Below are positions 51,651 through 64,000 of a DNA stretch of 64,000 bases, in pieces. Source of the stretch: Mobula hypostoma (taxonomy: Eukaryota); contig NC_086097.1 in the NCBI RefSeq assembly GCF_963921235.1, positions 32,242,001-32,306,000 of the forward strand, in the 5' to 3' direction. Numbering within the stretch: the stretch's first letter is position 1; each line of letters starts with the position of its first letter. Under the pieces are notes generated by a model. That model saw only the letters and a list, made by a program, of their open reading frames with translations, was not told the origin of the DNA and did no database searches. The position numbers and the translations under genes were made by a program.

Positions 51651-53466
51651 CTGTAACACACAGAACACACATCACCCTCACTGCCCAGCGAGGGAGGGGG
51701 AACCAGGGCAACCAGCAGGGACTTGGTACATCACAAAGAAATGGCTCTCTGAGGAGATGTTGCCAAAGGCTTTAGCAAATTTCCTTAGATGCACCGTGGA
51801 GGAGCCAATGCACAGGATCGGAAAAAGCTGTGGACAGCTGTATACTCAACCTGCTCCATCATAGGCACAAGCCTGTCCACCATCAAGGACATATCCAAAA
51901 GGTGATGCCTCAAGAAGGCAGCATCTAGTATCAAGGACCCTCACTTTCCAGAATATGCCCTCTTCTCATTACTACCATTGGAGAGGAGGGACAGGGGCCT
52001 GAAGACCCACACTCAACATTTTAGGAACTGCTTCTCTCCCTCCACCATCAGATTTCTGACCAGTCCGTGAACACTACTTCACAAGTTTTTGCACTATATA
52101 TTTACTTTGTAACTTATGGTATTTTATGACTTGGCACTGGGCTGCTGCTGCTGCAAAACAATAAATTTCATGACGTACATTTGTCAGTGATAATAAACCT
52201 GATTCTGATTCTGGACACGGTAATAACTGATTGCTTCTTCAATGAGCTGACACAGACAGATGAGTCAGAATGGCCTCCAATACTGAGACATTTCTGCCAC
52301 CAAAGGGTCACGCTGACCCACTTGTTCCCAGGGGACTACACAAAAGAGCCGGTCATTAACTTCAGGATGAGGAGCAGGGCACATGCCCCTTTATATAATC
52401 AGCATTGTAGAAGTGGAGATGTTTAAGAGCCTTGATAACCAAATAAAGCATCCTTTGTAGATGCATTGTGGCTTTGTATGACAAATGCTTTGCCCGTGAC
52501 CACAAGAAACTGCAGGGAGTTGTGGACACAGCTCAGCACATCACAGAAACCAGCATCCTCTCCGTGGCCTCTGTCTACACTTCTCACTGCCTCAGTAAAG
52601 CAGCCAGTGTAATCAAAGACCCCACCCACCCTTGACATTCTCTCTTCTCCCCTCTCCAACCAGCCAGGAGATGCAAAAACCTGAGAGCACGTCCCACCAG
52701 GCTGCAGGTCAGCCTCTATCCCACTGTTGAATGAATCTCTTGATCTCACAATCTACCTCACCGTGGCCTTTGCAATTTGTTTGTCTGACTGCACTGCACT
52801 TCCTCTAAAACTGTAACACTTTACTCTGCATTCTGTTCTGTCAACGTACTTGGGTATTGAACCATCTGTCTGGTACTTCCCCACCCTGCCTACCTACCTC
52901 TCTTCTCCCTCTCAGCTAGAGCCACCTATCCCTGCCAGCTCATGCTCCTCCCTTCCCCCACCATTTTATTCTGGCTTCTACTCTTTTCTTTAAACATAAA
53001 GATTAGCTGTATTTGTCACACGTACATTACAGTGAAATCTGCCGTTTTCGTCAACGATCAAGAAAGTCCGAGGATGTGCTGGGGGCAGCCTACAAGTGTC
53101 ACCATGCTTCCAGCACCAACACAGCATGCCCACAACTCACTAACCCTGACCTGTACATCTGTGGAACGTGGGAGGAAACTGGAGCACCGGGGGAAACCCA
53201 CATGGTCATGGGAAGAACGTACTAACTCCATGAGACAGCAGTGGGAATCGAACCCTGATTACTGGCACTGTAAAGCATTACAACACTACTGTGCCAGTTC
53301 TGACAACGGGTCTAGGCCCAAAGCATTGACTATCGATTCCCCTCCATAGTTGCTGTCCAATCAGCTGAGTTCTTCCACCATTTTTTGTGTGTTGCTCCAG
53401 GTATTCTGTTTCTCTCATGAAATGTGAGCTTTTCACTGTATCTCAGTTACCACCCACTCCACGTAC

Positions 53467-53636
53467 CTGGTCTTTTCCTGGACCCACTGCAGGAGGGCTT
53501 GCTTTGCTGACCACTTCCACTTTGAATGGAACCGTCCTCTCTTCACCGGGGGGGTCCCTGTGGGTGAGGCGGTCACTGGAGGTGACGGGACCCCTTCCGC
53601 AGAGTCCAGCTGTAACCCCATTGCCAGCTTCTCCAC
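53467..53636 (-). CDS. SYNE2-like: CH1-CH2 linker and CH2 start VEKLAMGLQ...SAKQALLQWVQEKTR
   Basis: S/T/P-rich nesprin-type linker, then SAK.ALL.W; 170 nt, phase 0-2. Confidence 0.93.
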
Positions 53637-55125
53637 CTGTCACACGGAAGTCACATCAAACGTAATGTGCAGGTAAAGACAACCCCGCCAGCACAGCACC
53701 ACAACATACAACACAAAACAGGCTCTTGGGCCCACAATGTCTATGCCGACCATGATGCTAAATTAAACTAACCCCTCCTGCCTACACAATGTCCATATCC
53801 CTCCATCCCCTGCTTGGTCATATGTCTAAAAGACTCCACCACAACCCCCCAGCAGCTAGTTCAGGGCACCCACCACTCTCTGAAGTTAAAAAAAAAACCT
53901 TGCCCAGCACATCTCCTTTATTGGCACATGGATGAAAGAAAAATGGAGGCTATGCTGGAGGAAGCATTAGATTGATCTAGACTCAGCTAAAAGGTTTGCA
54001 CAACATCTGGGGATGAAGGATCTGTATTGTGCTGTACCGTTCTATATTCATGAACTTCCCCTCTCACTTTAAACCTATGTCCTCTGGTATTTGAAATTTC
54101 CATCCTGGGTAAAAGATTCTGACTGTCTAGACCTCTCATCACGTACATCTGAAAAATAAAGCTAATCTTTAACTTTATTAACTTCCATCAGGTCTCCCTT
54201 CAGCCTCGCCATCCTAGAGAAGGTAGGGTAAGTTGTCCAGTCTCTCCTTACAGCTCATACCCTCTAATGCTGGTGAACCTCTTCTGCACTCTCGCCAAAG
54301 CCTCTACGTCCTTCCTGTAATGGGGTGACCAGAACTGCACACAATACATGATCCATTACCCTCCATGCCCTGTATCTTCGTGTATCTGTCCAACAGCCTC
54401 TTAAACACCTCTATTGTATCTGCCGCCAACACCACCACCACCCCCTGCAGCACATCTCAGCACCCACCACTCCGCGTGGGGAAAAAACCTGCCCCATACA
54501 TTTTAAATGCAGCTCCTCTAGCATTTGAACACTACCACAGTAACACATAACACAGCACTGTACCCCAGCATGGTCCTTAAAGCTCCGACCCAACGGACAG
54601 CCACTAATCTCATTTCATTCTCCCCACATGTACAAGGATGTTGCTGGGACTTAAGAGTTCAGAGTTAAAGGGAAAGGCTGAACAGGTTAGAACTTTATTC
54701 CCCGGAGCACAGGAAAATGAGGGAGATTTGACAGAAGTTTACAAAGAGTAAATGCAAGTAGGCTTATTCCACTAAGGCTGCGTGAGACTAGAACTAAAGG
54801 CCATGGGTTAAGGGTGAAAGCTGGAATGTTTAAGGGGAACATTTTCACTCGGGGTGGTGAGAGTGTGGTGCGAGCTGTCAGCGGAAGTGGTGGATGTGGG
54901 TTCGGTCACAACATTTAAGAAAGTCTGGGTATGGAGGCTATGGTCCAGGTGCAAGTCAGTGGGACGAGGCAGAATAATAATTCAGCATAGATGAGATGGG
55001 CCAAATAACCTGGCTCCGTCTGTAGTGCTCTATCATTCTATGACTATGATTTCAGGAAATAAAGTTCTAACTTATTCAATATTTCGCTATAACTCAGGAG
55101 ACCAGGCAAAGGGTGAGGTGGCTAC

Positions 55126-55218
55126 CTGGAAATGTGAAATGATGCTCCACACGAGGCCCAAGATGATGTTGGACTTTCCTTCTACGATGTCTGGGACATT
55201 GATGTTCACCAGTTTGAT
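55126..55218 (-). CDS. SYNE2-like: CH1 exon IKLVNINVPDIVEGKSNIILGLVWSIISHFQ
   Basis: ABS2 motif (KLVNI...DI.EG...LGLVW.II.HFQ); 93 nt, phase 0-0. Confidence 0.95.
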
Positions 55219-55630
55219 CTGAAGTAGGAAGCAACAAGTGTTACTGACCAGTCCTCATGGGTCAGAGAGCCACACAGTGCAGCCTGAGCAAGCCAAACAA
55301 CTGACCGAAACACAGGAGATTCTGCAGATGCTGGAAGTCTGGAGCAACACACACAAAATGCTGGAGGAACTCAGCAGGTCAGGCAGCATCCATGGAAGGG
55401 GAATAAACACCCGATGTTTCAGGCAGAGACCCTTCATCAGGACTGGAAAGGAAGGGGGCAGAAACCAGAATAAAATTGGGAGAGGGGGAGGAGTACGAGC
55501 TGGTAGGTGATGGATGAGATCAAGTGAGGGGAGGGGGGAAGGGAATGGGAATGACGAGAAGCTGGGTGGGGATGGGTGGATGAGGCAAAGGGCTGAAGAA
55601 GGCAGAAGGACGGTAGACCGTGGAACTGAC

Positions 55631-55711
55631 CGAATTTGCCTTCAGGAACTTCAGGGCAGATTGCACGTTGGCCCTCCAGTGGATAGGGTGTGTGCTCTTT
55701 TTCTCGCGTTC
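55631..55711 (-). CDS. SYNE2-like: CH1 exon EREKKSTHPIHWRANVQSALKFLKANS
   Basis: N...AL.FL CH1 motif; cttgcag| and |gtcagt; 81 nt. Confidence 0.93.
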
Positions 55712-58322
55712 CTGCAAGAGAATACAAACACCCAGAGGTCACCGTGTGTTCATCGCAGCCTGGACACACTCCGCGAGGATGCCTCTGATCCCGCACAAGG
55801 AATGTGCACAGCACGAGGCAGGCCATTTGGCCCACACTTCTCCACCTACCCCCTGCGCCAATCATGCACCCTCTCTCCCTTGTGTCCTGTACACTGTTCA
55901 GTGCAGGACACTCACGTTCTCCACGCTCTCCAGGGAAAGAGTTCCTCCACAATTTCCAATCAGATTTTTTTTTTTAATTGCTTCATGTTGGTGGACAGGG
56001 TTCTACTGTCATTCAATCAGACTTATAGAGTCAGACGGTACAGAAATAGGCCCTCAGCCCAACTCTCTGCCAACCAAGCTAGACCCATTTATCCACATTT
56101 GACCTGCATCCTTCTAAACTCCTCTCATCCATGCCTTATCCAAATGTCTATGTGTCTTCTAAATGGTGGGGTGATGGTAGTGTAGCAGCTAACGCAGTGC
56201 TTTACAGTGCCCGCGATCAGAGTTCGTTTCCCACCACTGTCAGGAGTTTGTACAGTCTCACCATGGCTCTGTGGGGTTTCCTCCGGACGCTCCTGTTTCC
56301 TCTCACATTCCAAAGACGTACAGGTTGGGGTTAGTCAGCTGTGGGACTACTGTGCCGGTGCTGGAAGCATGGTGACACTTGCGGGCTGCCCCCAGCACAT
56401 CCTCAGACTGTGTTGGTTGTGGGAGCAAACAACACATTTCGCTGTATGTCTCAATTCACGTGTGACAAATAAAGCTAATCTTTATAGGATAATCTCTTTA
56501 TTTTTAATGCACCTGTCTGAACTGCTTCCTCTTGGCAGCTTGTTCCATGTATTCACCACCCTCTGGGTGAAAATGTTTCCCTTCAGGTTCCTATTACATC
56601 TCTTCCCTCTCACCCTACACCTAAGCTCCTAGGTTTGGACACTCCTGCCCCAGGGAAAAGAGTGGTACAGATCACATTATCTGTGTTCCTCATGATTTTA
56701 AAATTTCTGTAAGGTCACCCCTCATTCTCCTACATTCCAAGGAAAAGACGACCTAGTCTAGCCAATCCCTCCAATCCTGGCAACATCCATGGATGCCCAT
56801 GAGCCAGTCCTCACTGGGGGGTCAGAGGTGACGAGGGTCAGCAGTTTTAAATTCCTCAGTGTTATCATTTCAGAGGATCTGTCCTGGGCCCAGCACGTAA
56901 GTGATATTACAAAGAAAGCTCAGCATTACCTCTATTTCCGAGTTTGTGAAGATCCAGCATGACATCTACAACTTTGACAAACTTCAATAGATGTGTGTTG
57001 GAGAGTATATTGACTGGCTGCATCACAGCCTGGTATGGAAACACCAATGCCTTGAACAGAAAATCCTACAAAAGTGATGGATATGGCCCAGTCCGTCATG
57101 GGTAAAGCCCTCCCCACCACTGAGCACATCTACATGGAGCGTTGGCGCAGGAAGATAGCATCCATTATCAGGGAGCCCCACCACCCAGGACATGCTCTCT
57201 TCTCACTGCTACCATCAGAAGAAGGTACAGGAGCCTCAGGACTCGCCTTTGGGTCCAGGAACAGTTGTTATCCCTGAACCAGGGTGGATATCTTCATTCA
57301 ACTTCACCTATCCCATCATTGAAATGTTCCCACAACCACTTTCAAAGATTCTTCATTTCATGCTCTTGATATTCATTGTTTATTTGTTTATTTTTAATGT
57401 CCCTTTTTTGACTCTCTTTTTGCATTTGCACAGTTGGTTGTCTTTGGAACACTGTCCGCTCTGTTGGTGCGGTCTTTCATTGATCCAATGATGGTTGTTG
57501 GATTTATTGAGTATGCCCGCAAGAAAATGAATCTCAGGGTTATATATGGTGACAGATATGTACTTTGATAATAAATTTACTTTGAACTTTAAATTTTTTC
57601 TACACTCTTTCCAGTTTAACTATAACAGAGTGACTGGAACAGTGCTCCAAGTCTCAGTATAGCCTCTCATGGCTTCCTTCTTCATCTCCCTGTACTGAAC
57701 GACTGGGGAAGGTGTTTGGTGCAGAGATGGGTGATAGGAAAAATGGAGGGCTATGTGGAAGGAAAGAGTTAGATTGGGCTTGATACAGGTTAAAAGGTCA
57801 GCACAACATCGTGGGCTGAAGGACCTCTCCTATGCTGTGATGATCTACGTTCCCAATGTATCTAGATGTCCACTAGAGACTGGAGGTCCTGACACAGCCT
57901 GTCCTGGAGTTGGAGGTGTGCATGTTGAGTAGGAGGGAGGAAAGCAGCTTGCTCTCCTGTTGTGTTGTTCTGTTGTTGCTTGTGTTGTTCTGCTGAACAC
58001 TGAGGGCACACTATGTTGGCACCAGAATGTGCGGCAACTCTTGTGAGCTGCCCCCAGTGCATCCTTAGGCTGTTTTGGTTGTTAACACAAACAATGCATT
58101 TCACTGTATGTTTCAATGTATATGTGATAAATGACTGAATCAGAATTCTGTTCTGTCATGTGACCAAGTGTCCCTGAATTCAACCAATCAGCATTGGCTT
58201 CAATCATGTGATCAAGCCTCCCAGCATGATTGGGCAGATTGGTGGACCATGATGGCATGATGGGATGGTAAGTTTCCCTCAGCCAGATCCTCTGACTCAC
58301 CCAAGTCAAGTGCCCCACTCAC

Positions 58323-58418
58323 CAGCTGTTGCCCAGAGAGGACCTCCAGCAGATCCAGGAGATGGTGTCCATCCCGAAGGTCCTGGTACAGGTCCTGGAC
58401 CACCGATGGCGACTTGTG
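58323..58418 (-). CDS. SYNE2-like: CH1 exon HKSPSVVQDLYQDLRDGHHLLDLLEVLSGQQL
   Basis: CH1 DL..DL.DG..LL.LLEVLSG motif; 96 nt, phase 0-0; |gtgagt. Confidence 0.95.
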
Positions 58419-59643
58419 CTGTCAGGGGACAAAGGCAACACATTACTGGGTTTGCACACTGCTACTCCACCAGCTCACCTTTTGCAGCGATTGGAGAAAC
58501 TTCCAGTGATCATGGAGATCTGCCGGGATCATGGAATCCTACCAGGATCAGGGAAACCCACAGACACTGAATCAGCAGCTCTGGACACGTGAAGTAAAGC
58601 TAAACACTGCAGATGCCGGAACCCTGAGACAAAAATATAAGTTGCTGGAAATAGCCAGCAGGTCAGGCAGCAACTTTGTAGAGAGAAAAAACATTTAATC
58701 TTTCTGACCTGTTGTCAGAAGAGAAAAGAGAAATAAAAGCTGGTGTTAAGTTACAGAGAGGAAGGGCAGGACGAAAGGATTCTATTAATGGTGAGGCTGG
58801 GGTTGGTGTGGGGTTAAAGCATTAGTAAAGCCACTGGTAGATGGCTGAGTGAGGAGAGTTACAGAGAGATGACAAATCAAGGAAGATAAGACCATAAGAC
58901 ATAGGAGTAGAATTAGGCCATTTGGTCCATCAGATCGTGGCTGATCCATTTTTCCCCTCCTCAGCCCCACTCCCCAGCCTTCTCCCATGTCATGTCCAAG
59001 GTGTGAAAGCTGTGAGATCTAGATCTGTGGAGGCAAGCCTGAGCAATGGCTTACTAATGGGGTTCAACATTATCAAGAGTGCTAGGTTTCAGGCGAGGTG
59101 TTAAACCTCTGGTGAGAGGGAGCTTGGATTTGGTTATTCTTGTCACATGTACAGTGAAAAGCTTGTCTTTTATACTGTTCATACAGATCAAATCATGACC
59201 CAGTGCACCGAGCTGGAATGAGGTACAATAACAGAATGCAGAGTAAAGTGTAGCAGCTGCAGGCAGGTTCAAGAGACCTAAAGGGCAACTTTTCCACCTG
59301 GGGATAGTATGTATATGGAATGAGGAGGACAGTTTTTATAAAAGGTATTTGAACAGGTACAAGGATAGGAAAGATCTGGGCTAAGCACATAGTTCAGGTA
59401 GGCAGACACTGATAAGTTGGGCCAAACGGCCTGTTTCTCTGGCTCTGTGACTCTCAAGACACACCAGATCCTGTGGCACTAATCCCAACATGAGCCCGTA
59501 AATTGGCTCTGATGTCCCAGACAATATGTCCAGGTTATCAGGTCATTGGACTCAGTGTCGTTCACAGAGTTCGCTGGTTATGTGTGCTGCAGAGTTTGCA
59601 TGGCTGTCAGTGGGCACCCCCTCCCCCCAGACCCTGTACTCAC

Positions 59644-59705
59644 CTTGGCCAGCTGGGCATTCACCCAGTTTGTGAACGTCCGCTTCTGCACCTGACTCTG
59701 TTCAG
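59644..59705 (-). CDS. SYNE2-like: CH1 exon AEQSQVQKRTFTNWVNAQLAK
   Basis: Classic ABS1 motif QKRTFTNW; ttgcag| and |gtgagt; 62 nt. Confidence 0.95.
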
Positions 59706-59796
59706 CTGCAACACAGGAGAAGCACAGTGTCGGGGAACTGTGGTTACAGCAACTTACTACACCCACAGTGCCCTCTCCTCCTCGCCACCCCCGACT

Positions 59797-59835
<39 letters not shown>

Positions 59836-61703
59836 TACACCTACACCCACGTACACCTGCACACACTTAAACTGTACACTTTTGCACACTTAAAGTATAC
59901 ATCTACACCACATACTGCACGTTTACACCCACACACATCTATGCCGACAGAAGTGCACACATTTATACACACTCTGCACACACGGAGTTCCCACCCACAC
60001 AAACAGACGCTGATGGACCCTCACACCCTGGTCCCTCCTGGGTGTGTGACAGGGATATGTCTCAGATTCAGTCTGCAGTGTACAGCCCTGCTGTTGAAGG
60101 CCATGTTTATACCCTGGAACCCACTCCAGGCACCCACCACCATCTGTGTAAAAAAAAAACTTGTTCCGCACATCTCTTTAACTTTTACCCCTCTCAGCTT
60201 AAAGCTCTACTCTCTAGTATTAAACATTTCCACCCCGGGGGAAAAAAGAGCTGCCTGCCCTATTGATGTCCCTCATAACTTTATGACCCTCTATCAGATC
60301 TCCCCTCAGCCTCCAACACTTCAGAGAAAACAGCCCAAGTTTGTCCAACCTTTCCTTTTAGCACATAAAGAGATTGAAGATCAGCTTTATTTGTTACATC
60401 TATATCAAAACATACAGTGAAATGTGTCATTTGAGAGCACAGACCATAGGAGCTGAATTAGGCTATCTGATCCATCAAGTCTGCTCCTCCATTCCATCAT
60501 GGCTGATTTATTATCTCTCTCAACCCCTTTATACTGCCTTCTCCCCATAATCTTTGACACCCTTAGTAATCAACCTCTTTAAATATACCCAAAATGACTT
60601 GGCCTTCACATCCGCCCAGGTCAATGAAGATTTACCACCCTCTGGCTAAAGAAATTCCTCTTCATCTCAAAAGGGACTGCTTGTATTCTGAAGCTGTGCC
60701 CCCTGGTCGTAGACTCTCCCACTGTGGGAATCACCCTCTCCATGTCCACTCTATCTAGGCTTTTCAATATTCAATAGGTTTCAGTGAGATCTCCCTGACC
60801 ATGTGGGATTCTTCCCCAGGTGTTTTAGCTTATTCCCACATCTCCAGTTGATAATTGGCTCCACTGTAAATCTTCCCTGGTGTGGGTGTTTCAAAACAAA
60901 TCAGCAAGGATGTGCTGGGGGCCGCCCGCTAGTGTCGCCGTGCTTCTGATGCCAACATAACATGCCTCCAACTTACTAACCCTAACCTATTCTGTACATC
61001 TTGTAGCATGGGAGGAAATCAGAGCACCAGGAGGAAACCCACGTGGTCATGGGGAGAATGTACAAGTCCTTATAGACAGTGGCAGGAATTAAACACTGTC
61101 CTTACAGCGGGTACTGTAATGCAGTTATGCCAACTACTACACGATCGTGCTGCCCCTCGAATCCAGGCAGCATCCTGGTAAATCTTGTGTGCACCTTCTG
61201 CAAAGCCGCCTCACCTTTCCTGTACACAATGCCAGAAATGAAGATAGTACTCCAAGTACAGCCCAGCTAGCATTTGAAACATCTGTATGGTATGGAGTGG
61301 AAATCTGCAAATTCCTACGTACAGCAGAGGGTGAGGTGTGCTGTGGATGTCCGTGTGAGTGAAAGGCATGAGGAGGCACAAGGGCCAGTCAGGGAGCGTG
61401 CCTGGAGTGCAATTCATCAGCTAGTTTGTGAGTCAATACTGAAGATACAGAAGTCGATGGCCAAAGACTGGAGTTGGAAGACCGTGTGTGTGTGTGTGTG
61501 TATGTGTGGTAGAAAAAGGACTTGTTTTGCTTTTGTTGCTGGTTGTGTTCTGCGCTGTTCAGCCAAGCATTATGGGCATGCTATGTTGGTGCTGGAAAGT
61601 GCTATCCCCCAGCACACCCCTACGTGTGTTGGTTGTTGATGCAAATGATGTATTTCACTGTTTGTTTCAATGTAGATGTGATAAATAAATTAATCTGACT
61701 TAC

Positions 61704-61746
61704 CCTGGTGATGCCGGAGGGAGCTGATCACTTGATTGACATACAT
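61704..61746 (-). CDS. SYNE2-like: Putative start exon MYVNQVISSLRHHQ(A); exon acceptor at 61778
   Basis: gataccATG; G|gtaagt donor in phase 1 joins the CT of the next exon to give ...HQAEQSQVQK. Confidence 0.75.
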
Positions 61747-61986
61747 GGTATCTGCAGACTGATCTCCACCTGTCCCTCCTACAAAACACTCCACTTAAAG
61801 AACTCCTCTGCCAAAGTGAGTCTGTTAGGTTAGGACACACGAGATGCAAGATGCTGGAATCTGTAGCAGCACAAAAGCTGCTAAAGGAACTCAGCAGGTT
61901 GGGCAGCGACTGTAGGTTAGGGAGAAACTCTCAATATCTCAGGTCAGCGCCCTGCTAGAGACTGGGACATCAGGACTTCTATTCAC

Positions 61987-62079
61987 TTGGCGTCGCCTCT
62001 GAAAGTGTTTCACTGCAGAAGGAGAGGAAATGAAGCTTTCTACTCTCCTGTGACTTGTCAGAACTGGTCTCTGGGGTGT
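61987..62079 (-). CDS. Possible upstream exon (5'UTR or in-frame N-terminal extension DTPETSSDKSQESRKLHFLSFCSETLSEATP)
   Basis: ctgtccag| acceptor and |gtgaat donor; phase 1-1, compatible with the next exon; no recognisable homology. Confidence 0.3.
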
Positions 62080-62524
62080 CTGGACAGATCAGAAATAGAA
62101 GCCAAAGTGTGATTGCAGTGTGAGAACACACACTGCACTGGAAGGTGTTACACAAATATAACCACTCCACCATCCATCAGAGAAAAGGCGAGATGTGCAG
62201 GGTAAAGTTTTTACCGAGTTTGATGGGTGCCTGGTACGCACTGACAGTGGAGGCAGATATGATAGCAGAGAGGATTTACCATGATGATGCCTGGATTAGA
62301 GACTAGAGAATCCTGGTTAGACCATTCTTGGAGTATTGTGTTAAATGCTGATTACCTCATTATAGGAAGGATGTTGGAAGCTTTGGAGGGGGTGCCAAGG
62401 AGATTTATCAGGGTGCTGCCTGCATTAGAGAGCATGTCTTACGAGCTAGGGTTTTTCTCCTTGGAGTGAAGAAGGGTGAGAAGTCATCTGGTCAAGGTGC
62501 ACAAACAAGATGATCGGAGTCATA

Positions 62525-62825
62525 TGTAACACTCAGCTATATTGGCTGGTATTTATCTAGGGGAAACCCTGTCCGCTGCCCACCTTGTCTCCCAGTTATG
62601 TTGGTTGCTGTACAAATGCCACCTCATTCAGCTTCAAACATCAATCATCAGCCAGCACACAATGTACATTTTACCAATTACACTTTATAGATATTACTAA
62701 GTCTATGAGATTAATAGAAGTACAGTACAAAAAAGGAATGGAAAAGGCGCCAGACTTATCAAAGGTCAATTTCTTTGTGCACACGTTGGAGCTCGGGACC
62801 AGTCGGACCCCTTCGACTCTTGTTT
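62525..62825. mobile_element. Probable truncated LTR fragment
   Basis: Begins tgtaac and interrupts a CR1 fragment; far terminus not identified. Confidence 0.4.
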
Positions 62826-64000
62826 TGCACTTACTTATTTGTTTTCTTATATATTTATTATTATAGCATGTTTTATTCAGAGATACAGCACAGTAACAGG
62901 CCCAGCCGGCCCAATGAGCCTGCGCTGCTCAATTGCTAACTAACCTGTGCGAATTGGAATGTGGGAGGAAACCGGAGCACGGGGAGGAAACCCACGCGGT
63001 CACAGGGAGAACGTGCCACTCCTGCCACACAACGGCGAGAATTGAACTCGGGTCACTGGCACTGTAAAGCAATGAGCTAACTTCTATACTACCGTGACAC
63101 ACAAGAATTTTATTTGTGTATAGCACTGTGCTGCTGCTGCTGCAAAACAGGAAATTTCTCAACATCCAGTACGTCAGTGATTTTTAAAAATTCTGATTCA
63201 GGCAGGGAAAGGAGCCAGGCGGGATTGACTTGGATGGTCAGCACGGAGTCAATGGGCCGAAATGCCTGTTGCTGTGCTGTACTGACGGGTGTTATAATGT
63301 TCTTGAACTGCCATATTCCTTCCCATGGCACTGACGGGCAGGGAGTTCCAGGGTTCAGACCCAGTGATGGTGAAGGATCAGTGTGATATTTCCAGGTCAA
63401 GGTGGTGTAGCACAGGGAGGAGAACCTTCAATTCTGCAACTTTGACATTTTCTAGGACTTTGGCCTAGAGCCTGACACTGTTTATCTAAAACATCTTTTC
63501 TGCATTCCCTCTCCTTTTTTGCTTCTCTCCTTCTTGACTTCATAGAAACATAGAAAACCTACAGCACAATACAGGCCCTTCAGCCCACAAAACTGTGCCG
63601 AACATGTCCTTACCTTAGAACTACCTAGGCTTACCCATAGCCCTCTATTTTTCAAAGCTCCATGTATCCATCCAGGAATGTCTTAAAAGACCCTATTGTA
63701 TCCGCCTCCACCACAGTCACCGGCAGCCCATTCCACGCACTCACCACTCTCTGCGTAAAAAAAAAACATACCCCTGACATCTCCTCTGTACCTACTTCCA
63801 GGCACCTTAAAGCTATGCCCTCTCATGCGAGCCATTTCAGCCCTGGGAGAAAGCCTCTGACTATCCGCACGATCAATGCCTCTCATTATCTTGTACACCT
63901 CTATCAGGTCACCTCTCATCCTTCATGGCTCCAAGGAGAAAAGCCCGAGTTCACTCAACCTATTCTCACAAGACATGCTCCCCAATCCAGGCAACATCCT

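Larger units (their letters stand above)
4192..61778 (-). other. SYNE2-like: Gene span: nesprin-2-like (SYNE2-like) CH-CH + spectrin-repeat gene; 3' end not seen in window
   Basis: 25 phase-compatible GT-AG exons 61746->14236 give ~1624 aa without stops. Peptides are collinear with recalled human nesprin-2 motifs (LLDLLEVLSGQQL, PDEKSI, PTVPAV, FQGEAENLVDQWLD, PLELQ). Confidence 0.9.

Noticed and set aside
55514..56185. 223-aa plus-strand ORF
   Set aside because: Spans a Penelope-derived repeat, the antisense of a CH1 exon and CR1/SINE pieces; no domain features.
59503..60420. 305-aa plus-strand ORF
   Set aside because: Antisense to a CH1 exon and runs through (CA)n, a CR1 fragment and a SINE tail.

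Overview
Repeat-rich vertebrate genomic DNA. The repeat content (CR1 and Rex1-type LINEs, V-SINEs, palindromic Penelope-derived elements, Tc1) suggests a cartilaginous fish, probably a ray (inference). The window holds one large minus-strand gene, a divergent nesprin-2 (SYNE2)-like gene. I could join 25 phase-consistent GT-AG exons from an ATG at 61746 down to 14236 (4872 nt, about 1624 aa): tandem CH1-CH2 actin-binding domains, a spectrin-type rod collinear with nesprin-2, and a 1387-nt low-complexity exon. About three weaker exons follow (9.6, 6.0 and 4.2 kb). No KASH or terminal exon is visible. Main oddities: (i) a ~4-kb array of ~85 44-bp units built from the 3' end and splice donor of a coding exon, where only the first, weaker donor keeps the frame; (ii) apparent loss of ~600 aa of rod directly after CH2; (iii) a mosaic SYNE1/SYNE2/calmin-like CH region, suggesting a separate paralogue; (iv) decayed minimal hammerhead-ribozyme motifs in Penelope-derived elements. 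Comparisons with human proteins are from memory, not database searches.
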